The notes: generated by a model from the sequence alone, not told the origin. A stretch of DNA of 63,081 bases, filler included, from Collodictyon triciliatum (GCA_043381765.1; 9 parts of 9 records of this genome joined end to end with filler, not necessarily neighbours in it); one strand, 5' to 3'; positions 16,801 through 34,125 are shown, numbered from the whole stretch's first letter. Translations and numbers: made by a program.

Positions 16801-17707
16801 TCAACATGCGAACTTGGTCGTAAAATCGAAAGCGTACGGGATAATAGTCGCGCTCTTCTGGGCATTCCCATCCACGGCGAGCTCCATTCGGATTCTGGCG
16901 AGTCCGGGTGGCTGGAGCAGTCTAAAATTATCAAAAGTTAAACTTGATTTATCCGACGGGGGAGAAGGCTCAGGGTATGAGCTCCTGGAAAACTGTTACT
17001 GATTACGGAGAGGATCTACATGCAAGATTTGAAATGTGATTACGGAAGATATTTGGCGGTCAGCAATCCAAAGGCCGTTGTTGCGGTAGCGTGTGTTGCA
17101 CTTTGTGTAGTGGTCCAGAGTCTCGTGATAACCATAGCGTGGGTCATTCACATTTCCAGCTTCCATGCGATCTGTGGCTGCGTCATTTCGATCACGCGGT
17201 GTTCCTACACAAACATATTTGCAGCGTTAGAAATTGATGCTCCCAGCAAAACAACAAAGTGGGTGGTGAAAAAAAAAATCACCACCAGATATGCGAATGG
17301 CCAGGTGATATATCAGGTGAACGCAGAGTTTGATGGTCACACTTACCGTCACGGATGCCTGGATTCTGATCCTCACACATGTACTGAATGACGATTTCGC
17401 AGTTTGTGTTTGAGTCTCGGCCGCAGGCGTGTTGGGCAGTCCATTCCAGGGTGAGTTTGGAGCCTGCGTAGTAGTACATGCGATCGGTGACGACTTCGGG
17501 CCCGCCAACAGCGCGTGGGCAGGCGTATCCGCCCTGATCGTTGTTCTGGGAGTCGAAGAGGCGATTGCCATTGTTGCGGTTTTGGTTGCGTTCGCAGTTA
17601 CGGTCGTTCGAGCCGCGCGGGTTGTGCATGTAAACGTCTCCGTATGCCGTGTGGGCAGCAAGGAGGAGCACAAGCCCAACCGTGGCTGAAGCGTGCCAAA
17701 AGTTCAT
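13890..17707 (-). CDS. DD3-3: Protein DD3-3 homolog, type I membrane/surface protein (multi-exon)
   Basis: Signal peptide then [14 protein letters not shown]...[43 protein letters not shown]-terminal hydrophobic helix, then YYGKTHPGS...ANKFM* (TAA 13890-13892). Confidence 0.88.
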
Positions 17708-17808
17708 GCTTGGTTGGAATTCAGAAGGTTGCTTGGGTTAGAAGGTTCTTCGGTTTTTCTGTTATTGTTATTGTTTTTGTTTTTTTTTGTTTTGTTTTTT
17801 TTTGTTTT

Positions 17809-17850
<42 letters not shown>

Positions 17851-18291
17851 NNNNNNNNNNNNNNNNNNNNNNNNNNNNNNNNNNNNNNNNNNNNTTAATT
17901 AATTAANNNNNNNNNNNNNNNNNNNNNNNNNNNNNNNNNNNNNNNNNNNNTTTTTCTCTTTTTTTTCTCTTTTTTTTCTCTTTTTTTTCTCTTTTTTTTC
18001 TCTTTTTTTTCTCTTTTTTTTCTCTTTTTTTTCTCTTTTTTTTCTCTTTCTGTTTATACAATTTCTTACCTCTGTTGTTTTTTTTTTAAAAAAAAAAGAA
18101 GTAAAAAAAGTCAAGATAAAAAACTTTACCATCGCATGCCTTTTGATTACATGAAGATTTGAAATCCTTTCACGAGTCAAATTCATATTATGTTCATGTA
18201 CACGTTTAATTATTAATTGTTATTTTTTTTTTTTACATATGTTCACGCATTTTGTTTTATCATCGTAATTTGATTTTTCTTTCAACAAAAG

Positions 18292-20928
18292 AAAAGCGTG
18301 GATTATTGTCGGTGCATCTTTTGCCACTCATTTTATTGTATTCGGACTGCAATACACATTCGGCGTTTTCCTGACATCCATAGAAGATGAATTCAATACA
18401 GACAGAGCTACAGTTAGTTGGATTGGTGGGTTTGCATGACATTGTGTAATCCTGAATTCTCAAACTCAATTTGATTGTGAGGATTTCAAAAGATATTGTT
18501 TTATGTCCGCCAAATTCTGCCATTTTTTTTTAAAAAAAAAATCATAAAAATTATAGTCACCATTAATACTTCTGTTCAACTGTTTAGTGGCATGGTTACT
18601 GGTTTGTATCAAAGTTTACTCTACTAGAAAGGCAACATTGACAAATTAACTAGATTATCTCTTCCCTCTTGAGAATGTTGTCTGTTCTCCTTTTTAATAA
18701 TTTTTTCTGGTAAAAGTAAAAGCAGTCATGAAAAAAAAAAAACTCGCCTCCCTATCAAAAGTTATTCTTTTCTTCACATTAGGTAGGTTGGTCGACCGGT
18801 TTGGGTTCCGGATTATATGCTTTATCGGTGCTCTATTGATGACCTTGGGACTATTTATAAGTTCATTCGTGACGAATATATGGCAGGTAGTTGAAGGAAT
18901 CTTTTTAAAATGTATGTTCTCTACCTTTAGTGACTTTCCTGTAAATTCAAGAGATACAATGATGATATCCTCTATCCAAACTTGCGCTATAAATGCTTAC
19001 AAACTATACCTTTAGCTTTACCTTTCATTTGGTATCATGTGTGGTGTTGGTGGCTCCTTCGCATTCCTGCCCTCCATTTCAAATATATCACATTGGTTTA
19101 TCAAACGAAGAGGACTTGCAACAGGTTAAACTTCTACTTTTGGGATACAGAAAACAGCATATCATGAATTTAGTATCATCACTACTACAATTGCTTTCTT
19201 AAGTTGCATGTACCTTATATGGATATCAAATCGCTCCTCATATTTATTATTATTATTGTTGTTATTATTGTTATTATTGTTAAAGGTATCGCTGTCTCCG
19301 GTTCTGGTGTTGGACAAATTACAATGGCGCAGGTTTTCACATAACCTTTCTTTCCTTCTTTCCTTCTTTCCTTCTTTCCTTCTTTCCTTCTTTCCTTCTT
19401 TCCTTCTTTCCTTCTTTCCTTCTTGGCTAAAAATATTTTAACGAAAGCGCATGGCAGAAAAAAAGTGATGTGGTGTGATATATGCTCATCAGATAAGTTC
19501 TTTGCTACTATCTGCATTTGGTTGGAGGTCGTCATTCCTCGTCTTGTCGTTAATGGCCTTCTGCTTCTTAATGATTCCATCCCTCTTGTTGAAGAGGCGG
19601 ATTCCTGTACTTTTTGATTATTTATGTCTATATACATATATTCGCGACTATGTCAAGGGGGAAGTTTATAGAAAGGCATTTCATTAAATTAGGCCGCACA
19701 AAGAGCATCTTTTTCTAATGCATTACGTGACCGCCGCTTCCACGTTATTGTTCTTTCCTGCTTTATTGGCGCCTGGGGGTATATGGTAATCAGCAAGCCA
19801 TTTATTAGATTACTCGCTCGAAAGTACGATTTGTTAAATCGAAGAAAAAAGTAATCGACCATACCTAGTTCACTAGAGTCGAATACTTTTTTTCTTTTGT
19901 GGGCTTGTGGACTTGTAAAATAAATTAGGCATTTTATAAACTCATCGATAATACTAAACTAGGTTCCATTCGTTCATGTGGTAAGCTATCAGTTATCGTT
20001 TCTTGCAAAATCACATGGGCTTCTTTAGAAATAACCGCTGTGTCGCATTTTCAAAGCCCAGACTATTTTAATATACTTGATTTGATTTCGTTTCGTTTCG
20101 TGGATATCTTGATTTCTTTTTGTTGGCTCACCGCTATCAAATATAACCATCTGAACCAACCAAGGTTCCGTTTGCAGAGGACTTAGGCCTCAGCACGTCA
20201 CGAGCCACGAACATGCTTTCATACATGGGAGCGGCAAGGTTGTTGTTTTTACGGCCCTTTGAACCAGAAATCCCTCTAGTATATACTCACGCGCCTTTGC
20301 TTCGACAGCACATGCGGTCGCATCGTCATCGGTGCAATCGCCGATAAAGTTGGTCGACGCCAGATAATGCAGGCACGAATCATACAGAATCCAAAAGAAC
20401 CACAAAATTGGCGCAAGCAAGCGACTGCATCGTATTGCAGCGTCCAGAGAGTGATTTTGACCGCCCATCATTATAGCTGACCATGCTCATCATCGGGGTT
20501 GCCACCATGATATGGCCTTTTACTACATCAGAGGCCACACTGATTCTCTATTGCATCGTGGGCCTTTCACTTACATCCCTATCAACCAATCAATAACCAA
20601 CTAATCAACTAATCAACCAACCAACCAGGTCTTCGGGCTCTTTGCGGGCGGCTACGTCTCGCTGCAGCCCACACTGCTGGCAGAATACTTTGACGTGGCG
20701 TATCTCGCCTCAATATCGGGCGTGCTCTACTTCTTCATCGGCATCGGCGTGCTCTTTGGCGCCCCGGCAGCAGGCTTCATGTACGACGTGACGGGCACAT
20801 ACAAGATGCCCGGCCTTATCGGAGGCGGCCTCATGGCCCTGAGCTCTGCGGTCTTCTTCGGGTTGCTCTTCGTGGGTCCACCGCGCGTCCATGGGCGGGA
20901 TGCTGAGGCTGCAGTGGAGATGATGTAG
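18292..20928 (+). CDS. MFS transporter, monocarboxylate (SLC16/MCT-like) family; 5' end missing
   Basis: AWIIVGASFATHFIVFGLQYTFGVF...RATVSWI; GRLVDRFGFR (MFS motif A); WFIKRRGLATGIAVSGSGVG; GRIVIGAIADKVGRR; GAPAAGFMYDVTGTY; TAG stop. Confidence 0.9.
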
Positions 20929-21302
20929 GCGCACGCGGCTGCCCGCGAGTCTCTCCCGCCCTGCTTCCGGATTAAACATGCCGTGTTTGCAAGTGGGGAG
21001 TTTATTATTCCGTGGCGGATATATAGCAACAGGACAGTGTGTGGGTGTTTGTGGGTGTGTGGGTGGTAGTGTGGCAGGTTGTCTGTTCGTTTTCTTGGGG
21101 TTGGGGTTGGGGTTGGGGTTGGGGCAGGCCGGGGAAAAGTCGGAGGGTGCGGCGCCTGTGAGGGGCGGGATTCTCCGAAGGCTCTGCTGGGACTCCGGCA
21201 CACACGGTCGCGTTGGCTGGGCAGATGGACGGGCGAAAGGGGATGGATGGGAATGAAAATGAAGAGGGAGGTGGGGAGAGGGCGGCGAGGGTTGCAGCTG
21301 CG

Positions 21303-24300
21303 TTAGACCTGGAGCTTCACCTTGTCGTAGACCTCGGGGAAAGCCTTTTCGGCCTTGTACTTTTTGCGCATCTCTCTGTGAATCGGTGTGGAGGGTGGGT
21401 GTGAGTGATGGGACGGTGGGATGATGGAGTGTTGGAGTGTTGGAGTGTTGGAGTGATGGAGTGATGGAGTGAAGGGGAGGGCGGGGCACCTGTAGAGTGT
21501 GTGGTCGACCATCTCTTCAAACTCGTCCTTGCTCAGGAAGATGTCTGCATAGAGGCACTGGTAGCCCTTCACGTCGCGGGTGTACTTCTCCATGGAGCGG
21601 ACGGCCTTCACTGCGTCGTAGGGCTTCTTCTCCTTGACCAGCGGGGGCACGCCATACACTGCACACAGCACATAGCCAGGCGTGAGCGGGTCTTTGCACT
21701 CGTGTATGTGACTATGCGGGAGGGGTGAATGTGAGTGTGAGGGAATCCAGTCCGTACCTCCAAGGTCGAAGAACATCTCCCAGTTTTGTCCCTTGGCACA
21801 GTTCTCGGGCTTGCGGAGGAATCCCTAGTGGCGGAATATTTGAGACTCGGCGCTTGATCGCAAGCAGGCAGGGAGGGAGGGAGGGAGGGTTAGGAGTGGC
21901 TGCGGCGGGACTCACCTGGTACTTGCCGTTGTCGTAGATGCGGATGGGGTAGAAGAGCAGGGGATAGATGCCGAACCATTCATGGAACTTGTTGATCGAG
22001 TTCTCCAGCTCCGTGATCGGGATGATGATGTCCTGCGCGGTGCGGTCTGTGAGTTTCTGCGCGTCCAAGGCAGGACGTGGCGGTGGGGTGAGGTTATATA
22101 CCGTACCTGGACGACATGCTTGGTGATGGTCTCCTGGCGGATGGTCGGGGTCATCGTCAGCTGCAACGGGATAGGATGGGGTGGTTAGGTGATGAGCGAC
22201 CGAGACACGCGGGTTGGGTTGGATTATTGGATTGGGTGAAGACCTTGAGGAACGCAATCTTTGGAGCGCCCAACCAGCCGAGCAGGTAGCGGTAGATCGG
22301 GTGGTTTCCGAATGGAATCATCTGCATAGACGGAAGGTGGCTTTATTCATATGTTTCATCAAGAAAGAGGAAGTGGAGCGATGGTGGGTGATTGCATGGT
22401 AGCTAGGATTTGTAGGAATACTTACATCCTCGAGCTCCCAGAAGATGGACTTGGTGTGGCGATGGTCTGTAGAGCAGCAGCTTCGTGTTAGGGGAAGTCA
22501 CACATGATTTTGTAAGGGAGCGGGGTAAGAAAAAGTAAAAACAAGTAGCTACAGTAGTCACGAAGAGGCAGGTACTCTTCCCCTTCACCAGTGCGGAAGA
22601 ATTCTTCGCAGTGCTTGTAGAACCAGGGCTTGTACCATCTTCCGATGGGGTTAATCTTCCTATGGAAGGGAGACATGGCACGCCACGCAATTGCATTTTT
22701 AGTGCTGGTGGATGGTGTTAAAGGCCAATAGTGAAGTTGTCTATCGACGCGTCAAGCCGATGTTAATCCGGACTTACTTTCGTTGCTCCTCAGTGGTCAC
22801 GTCGGCGAATTCACCGCACATGATGATGGCACGGTTACGGGAGTAGATGGTGGCTTCAAGCATCTCAGGTGTGTTGGGGGAGAGGCTGAGTTCCTACAAG
22901 CGCGAAGGTCGCCACGTCAGTATCTCTAATTATTCTCAGTAACCAGCAAAATCCAGACTGATCCATGGAATGGGTAGTAAATTCTTACAGTAAGCTTCTC
23001 AACCATCTCCTTCTGGTTATAGCACGGGATGTATCTAGTGTTAAGAATGAAAGACACCATGAGTTGGTATATTCTTTGATTGTCAAAGTACCAGTGCGGC
23101 TAGTGAGACATGATGATAATACATACTTCATGTGCATGTAGGGCTTGACCGGGATGATTTCAACCTCAACGGACACAAGGAATCTGGTAAAGATAGAAAG
23201 GAAGAAAGGTTTATGAGATGAGGCTAAGAGCTGAGATTCCTTCAGGCATGGACACCCTTTTGCACCGGCACAAACATGGAACATGGCCAAGTTATGGTAA
23301 GAGGCCAGAGGAAGGCTAGGCAAACGATATCTCTGAAGTTCTCACCCAATTGTCCCGTGGGACCAGGGAAGGGCCTGGAAGAGATCAGGGTGAGAGTCAC
23401 GGGTGACATGCATCTGATCTCCGTTGGACAGGACAATTTCGTAGGCAACCACAGTCTCTTGGATAAGGCCGTATTTGTGGGAGTTAACTTCCATGCCTGC
23501 ACAGTAATTGTTGTAAGTGGCTGAATTCATGCGCCTGGATTAAGGGCTGTATATGAGTATTCGTTGGGTTCAGTGAATTTAGGGACTCACCAAGACCCAT
23601 GACAAGACCTCCGATGGTCAGATCTTCCATCTCAACCATGATCTTGAGGGCGTGGCCAAGCGGCAGGAGGTGGCGGGTAATTTGTCCCATGTCTACGAGG
23701 GGCTCCAAACGGATGGTGCGGCGTTGAAGGTCGATCTGGAATCGTGCTTGTTCAGTCCAGTAACTTGTGTATGCGAGGCAACCCATATGCACAGTATAGT
23801 GTGTAAAATGAATCGTGAGGTCAAAGCTATGGGTTGGCGGGAGTACCTCGAGGATGTCACGGAGGCCGTTCAGATCAATGCGGTTACAGTCCTTCTTAAA
23901 AGTGGCAGTACGGGGAGACATGGTAAGCCACTCGGCACTACGAGACAAAAGAAAGAGGTTGTGAGATATCCCGAACACTCCAGGGCCGGTGCGGGTGTTG
24001 CCCAGCATAGCTAGAGCTTAACTGTTAAAGACGGCAAAGGTCTCGTCCTTTGGGCAGGACAGGTAGTAGGGGTCGAGAATCTTAGTCACATACCGAGCAG
24101 TGCACATAGGCTTCTTGCGGCCATCGAGATCCCACTTGCGTACTTGCTCCTGGACGTAGCGGACGCGGTCTTCGTGGAGTTCCGGGGTGGCCAAGAAAGT
24201 GGAGTAGTACCAGTTGCGGAAGGTGTAGAAGAGATCGTAGAGGAAGCTGAGGGGCAGGCAGACGAAGAGGACGACCCAGCCACGATGGACAGTCAGCTTC

Positions 24301-24506
24301 TCCAGCAGCCACGGGAAGGCGGGCGTCTTCTGGAACAGCGCGTAGATTGGATGCAAAAGTGTTTTGAGAATGTACATGCCTACTAGGACCACGCCAACTT
24401 GCAGCTGCAGGATGGGCACAACTATCTTGTAGGCCAGACGGGCCAGGGGCGTCAGAAGCACAGCCAGCGGATTGCGCTTGATTCCATGTCCGTACCGGAT
24501 CTTCAT
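21303..24506 (-). CDS. DHCR24: Delta(24)-sterol reductase, FAD-dependent (DHCR24/DWF1 family; multi-exon)
   Basis: [13 protein letters not shown]...[83 protein letters not shown]. Confidence 0.95.
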
Positions 24507-25525
24507 CGGCGCTGCTGCTTCTACTTCGTGGGAGTACGGCTCGCGTCAGCGTGCATGTTTGTGAGGTGGGGGATAGGCCGCAGCGCCTTATAGAGGTTCT
24601 GTTGCTGGGAAAAGTCGCTGGTGGGAAGGAAAGGTTGCTGGCAGAGAAGTCGCCAGTGAATCGGACTTGGGAATTGGGCGTCCCACAGACAGAAAACTCA
24701 ACTCGCTCGGTCGTCTGTTGTGGGACAGAATATGTGGTACTATGATATAGAGTGATGGCTCGTATGTATGTGCCCGGCCACACTTGCTTTACATACACGC
24801 CGTCGCCTTTCATACGCAGTGGCCTGTGTCGAGCGGGAAGGTATGAGTCTGCTTGGCTGCTTCTGTGACGTCATGACTAGCCACATATAGTTTTCCATAT
24901 ATTGGTAAGATTGCATTAATAGGGTAGTTAGATTGTGCCTTTTTAGAATTTCTTCATCTGGAATGGTTGTGGCTCGCCTGTGGTCTGATTCCGTTTTGTG
25001 GGCGCGTTCAGGAATAATCGGGATATCCAAGAGAAGTCCGTTCCTGTCGTTCGAGATTTGCGCGTGTTCCCGGAACAAGGTGATTCCCTTTTTCCCATTT
25101 TATTGATATGGCATCATAATATTACAACAATGAATTTTTATGTACATAGATAATAATTTAGGTGATCAGAGAACTTAAATTAATAATATATATTTTCCGC
25201 TAATAGAAAAAACTCAATTCAGGTGATTTGACCCAATACCCAAATTGAGCCTATGAAACACACAGCCACACAAAAACCAAGAGACAAAACGAATAGTTTA
25301 TTCACCAGGACAATGAGCAGTGGGATATAAAGGATACTACAACAACTGCGGTTACATCGCTCCTGGGGTGCCATCGAGTATTTAGCTAATGGACGGGAAC
25401 AACGCCTGCGAATCACTAAATTATGATACAAAGAGCACAAATGAATGGGTAGCTTTGATGGTGTTGGTGTCGCGTGATATCTTATGAATGTAATCCTCAA
25501 AGAGTAATATAATTGCTCTTAATCT

Positions 25526-25601
25526 ATAAGATTTCTTCCGGTCGGTCCTGCACAAAAGTTGAAAGGAAGAATAAAAAAAAAAAAATAGGATTTCTTCCGG
25601 T
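25526..25601 (+). mobile_element. Short poly(A)-tailed insertion with TSD, second sequence type (insert 25543-25584)
   Basis: ATAAGATTTCTTCCGGT [CGGTCCTGCACAAAAGTTGAAAGGAAGAATAAAAAAAAAAAA] ATAGGATTTCTTCCGGT; 17-bp direct repeat with 1 mismatch. Confidence 0.7.
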
Positions 25602-25619
25602 GCGATGCACATTCACAAA

Positions 25620-26506
25620 CCTGTGTGGAGATGTGCGACCACTCTTACTGCTTGTTGGAGCCCGTTGATACTTTGGTGCCCTTGAGACAAATCGCAACGT
25701 AATATTTTTTAAGAAGAGCGGGAATGGGTGTCCTGATGGCAAGAAAAGGCGCCACCCAAGAAATTGGAGTTGGTTATGGCTTGTGGATGAAAAAGTTACT
25801 TATTTCCTTGTATCTTTCCAGGTGGGGAGCGATTCGTTGGAATCTTGGATAGATTGTCGATACTATTTGCCGGGGAGTTGAAGTTTGCGTGGCTATTACA
25901 ATAAAATCAAGCGTTCAGGGATGGACACATGATTTGATATTCTTCCGTATGTAGGAAAAAAAAAAGGAGGGAATCTTCTGCCGTAGCATGATTATTATAC
26001 AGACCCGTTTGATATCACACTATTTACATCGCTCTTCATGGTACTGCTTTGCCGTGGAAATACCGCTAAATGTAGGGAATAAAAACACATACGAGAAGTT
26101 ATAGAATGCTTTTTCCCTTGTATTTAATGAAAAATGCACAAAGATAAAATAAGGAACGCAAAGGACGTAGGAAGAAAAAAGAGGGATAATTAATATGGGG
26201 AAAGAGCTCACATTGCCCCTGAATAGCACTTCCTTCCATCGATTGGGGGCGCATGTGGGCAGGAGTAACAAAACGAGTAAACTTCTTTGTATTGAAGCTG
26301 TATTCGACAGGTTCTGTGCCTAATTTATTAGGTAAATGGTCTTTTAATAGTATCTTCTTCTCTTTGAATGGAATAAAGAGAATAATATGTTCTATACCAG
26401 AACAAATTGACATGAATGAGATAAAAATAAGAGCGTGAATATAAGACATGAAACATACTCCCACGATATATTCTCTTAATCATGTCTCCTCCGGTGACGT
26501 AATAAC
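25620..26506 (-). CDS. Possible multi-exon hypothetical gene, boundaries uncertain
   Basis: Open exon-like blocks flanked by AG/GT on the minus strand (YYVTGGDMIKRIYRG; HLPNKLGTEPVEYSFNTKKFTRFVTPAHMRPQSMEG); no recognisable homology. Confidence 0.35.
26346..26393 (+). mobile_element. Ultra-short TSD-flanked insertion, copy C (insert 26359-26380), decayed
   Basis: AATAGTATCTTCT [TCTCTTTGAATGGAATAAAGAG] AATAATATGTTCT; 13-bp direct repeat with 2 mismatches. Confidence 0.55.
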
Positions 26507-26595
26507 CTATTCTTAGACTATTTACAAGTATTGATAGCTCAGTTAAAAAGTGATGAGGTAGATTTTACTGGAACTTTCATGCCCGGAGTACCAAT

Positions 26596-26819
26596 GTAAA
26601 TAGGTAAATAGGTAAATAGGTAAATAGGTAAATAGGTAAATAGGTAAATAGGTAAATAGGTAAATAGGTAAATAGATAAATAGGTTAATAGGTAAATAGG
26701 TAAATAGATAAATAGATAGTAGAGAAAGAAAAAAAGAAAAAGAAAAAGAAAAAGAAAAAGAAAAAGAAAAAGAAAAAGAAAAAGAAAAAGAAAAAAGAAA
26801 AAAGAAAAAGAAAAAAGGA
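26596..26819. repeat. (GTAAATAG)n then (AAAAAG)n at scaffold end
   Basis: Directly visible. Confidence 0.9.
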
Positions 26820-26919
26820 NNNNNNNNNNNNNNNNNNNNNNNNNNNNNNNNNNNNNNNNNNNNTTAATTAATTAANNNNNNNNNNNNNNNNNNNNNNNNN
26901 NNNNNNNNNNNNNNNNNNN

Positions 26920-27030
26920 AAAAACCAATAAAAACCAATAAAAACCAATAAAAACCAATAAAAACCAATAAAAACCAATAAAAACCAATAAAAACCAATA
27001 AAAACCAATAAAAACCAATAAAAACCAATA
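26920..27030. repeat. (AAAACCAATA)n decamer repeat at scaffold start
   Basis: Directly visible. Confidence 0.9.
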
Positions 27031-27573
27031 ACCTATAAAAAACCATAAAATAAACATCGAACTAAAAAAAGCAAATGTTTCTATAGAATGAATAATTTGT
27101 ATAATTCGCACACGAATTTGATAGTTCAGTGCGATTTTTAAATATTGAAAGCCATTTTATTAATTTATTCTATATATTCCGCATTTGAAATTATTCTGCG
27201 AACTTTTCTACAAGGTTCTTGCATTGTGACCTGGCGGACACGTGGCAAAACGGCGGAAAATGACTCGACTCATTTCGTAAGCGCACACAACGAGGGAGGA
27301 AAACCACATATAAATCCATCCGTTCATCTCAAGAAAAAGAAAAAGAAAAAGAAAAAGAAAAAGACAATAAGACAACAAGACAACAGCCGTCAACAATCAG
27401 ATTCAAAGTCACAAAACCAACATGACCAATGATAAAATCTGACAAAGAACCATAATCCAGCAGAAAAAAAGAAATGGAACTGTACAGTATTGAACTCCAA
27501 ATCATCCAGGTTACCAGTAGCCAGGCAATCCAGAAACTATAAATCCGACACCAAACAGTTGACAACTACACGC

Positions 27574-28680
27574 ATGGGACTTTTCTTCTCTAAAATATCA
27601 AATCTGCTCTCCCTCTCCAACAAAGAATGTCGCCTTGTGATGCTGGGTAAATCTGAAAGCACTATCCATGGCATGAAAAACTAGTGTATGTTCAGTTCTC
27701 AAAGCCTAATGATACCGCTGTTGTGTACAGGTCTCGATGCTGCAGGGAAAACAACCGTTCTTTACTCCCTTAAGCTAGGTGAAAAAGTGGTCACCATCCC
27801 CACCATAGGTCAGTTTACTTTGAAGAAAAACAGAAAAACAGAAAAACAGAAAAACAGAAAAACAGAAAAACAGAAAAACAGAAAAACAGAAAAACAGAAA
27901 AACAGAAAAACAGAAAAACAGAAAAACAGCTCATGTAATCGCTCTGATATATCGTAGGCTTTAATGTGGAGTCTGTCCAATACAAAAAGCTCAAGTATGT
28001 TGCAATATAAAACATCAGAAAATTACCATTCCTTGCAATATACAGCCCTATCTAATGATTGACACACAGCTTCACTGTCTGGGATGTGGGAGGCCAGGAT
28101 AGAATCCGACGCCTGTGGAACCACTACTATGAGGGAACACAAGGCCTCATCTTTGTGGTGGACTCACAAGACCAAGACCGCATCAAAGAGGCCAAGGTTT
28201 TTTACAATCACGTTATTCTACATATTTTCACCCACATGAAGACTTCAAAAGAAACATTCATTCATTTGTGTCATTCATAGACTGAGTTGGACGGAATTCT
28301 GAGGACAGAGGAGATGAGGAATGTCCCTGTTCTTGTATTCGCGAATAAACAAGATTTGGACGGTAGACATTTTGAGGCCTTCTGCCATATATATATATAT
28401 ATACATGATTCATACCACTAAAGTAGTTCTGATGTAATGTTTATTTCTTTCTTTCACAGGAGCTATGAAACCTAGCGAGATAGCGAATAAGCTTGGACTT
28501 GCAGATATGAGAAACCGGCAATGGTAATCTCATCTACAGAAGCACACTTTAAGAGACGATAGATACTGAATTTATTTCATTTGGAATACAAGGTTTGTGC
28601 AGCCCACATGCGCATCAACTGGGCAGGGACTATATGAGGGACTAGACTGGCTGGCAGAACAGATATTGAACAAGAAATGA
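27574..28680 (+). CDS. ARF: ADP-ribosylation factor (ARF family small GTPase), 7 exons
   Basis: MGLFFSK (Gly2 myristoylation), [47 protein letters not shown]...NKK*; six GT-AG introns in compatible phase. Confidence 0.96.
27826..27929. repeat. (AAAAACAGA)n nonamer repeat inside ARF intron 2
   Basis: Directly visible. Confidence 0.9.
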
Positions 28681-29893
28681 GAGCCAAGAGGAACGGAGAG
28701 CATATAGACCTCAGCAGATATCAGAAAAGCCATGAACAATCTCGTTTCTTTCTTTCTACTATGTTTGTTAGCAGCCCAGGAATCTTCCAAGAAGTGTAAA
28801 AATGAAAATAGATTCAATCTGTTGTCAACCAAAAAAAAAATCGCAAGGAATAAATCGTATCCAAGGAGCTCAGTTTTTTTTTTATTTAAACAAACATAAG
28901 GAGCGATAAAGGTGTGCGATGTGATTTTTTTCAATTTGCTATTTTACTTATTTATTTATTTATGAACAGCAAAATACTTGGGATAATGTATTTCATGAAA
29001 TCTGCAAGAAATATTCTATTGTGTGCATATTTTTAAAACAAAAAGTAATTTATTTATTGAAGGAAGACTTCATTTATGAAATTTACCAAGAATGATAAAT
29101 GATTTGAGTTATGTATGATGAAAAATCACTATCTCAAGACAGATTTAAAAGGATGCGCAACCCCCTTATGGTAAAGACTCTGCTACAATCATGCCCAATC
29201 TTGAAAACGTACCGATAAATCTTTTCTCGCACGTATAAATCTATGGGGGACTGGAAGCGCCTCCTCTGGTATTCAAAGCAGGATTGCCAGTTTATTCTCT
29301 AGTAAAGTTTTCTTTCTGTGTCCCATGTTTTAAGGACAGCAATCGAACAGGACACATGAGTAACATTATTTGTGTGCGTGCCAGCGCCTCATATTCAGAT
29401 ACCCTGCGGATTGCCTTCTGTCTACCACCGCATTTACTAAACAATTTAGAACATCGCATTTCTTCCAAGATGCTATTGAAGTTTACAGGATTTACATGAA
29501 CAGCGCCAAAACCTATGCCTTTGTCATCTCGTAAAACGGTCCAGCGCTATTGAGTCGCACGCAACCCTTCACAGACAACAATGGGCATTTTTACATCATC
29601 ATCTTGTACCAAATTGAAATGAAGAATGAAAAAAAATGTCATTTGGAAAACATCCCTTCTACCATACCCCAAAAGTTTTGACATTTCCTTTTCATTTACT
29701 TCTACCATTTTTTCTTATTGTTATGTTTTTTTTTTCTTATCATATATAATCACAATATTCGTATCCACTGGGAAAAGCATTCCAACCCATCCACACAACC
29801 CCTCCACGCGAAAGAATCAACTGCAGACGCAAACTCACACTCTGCTTCGTGCGTGCAAAACAAAGCAAAACACGGCGCAGCCAAAGCCAGGCT

Positions 29894-34125
<4,232 letters not shown>

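Noticed and set aside
17262-17286. GGTGGTGA-A9-TCACCACC hairpin in a DD3-3 intron
   Set aside because: A single 8-bp stem; compatible with chance.
25329-25337. U12-type donor GTATCCTTT on the minus strand (also ATATCCTTA at 47902 on the plus strand)
   Set aside because: No matching TCCTTAAC-type branch point or supported flanking exons; introns examined in recognised genes look U2-type.
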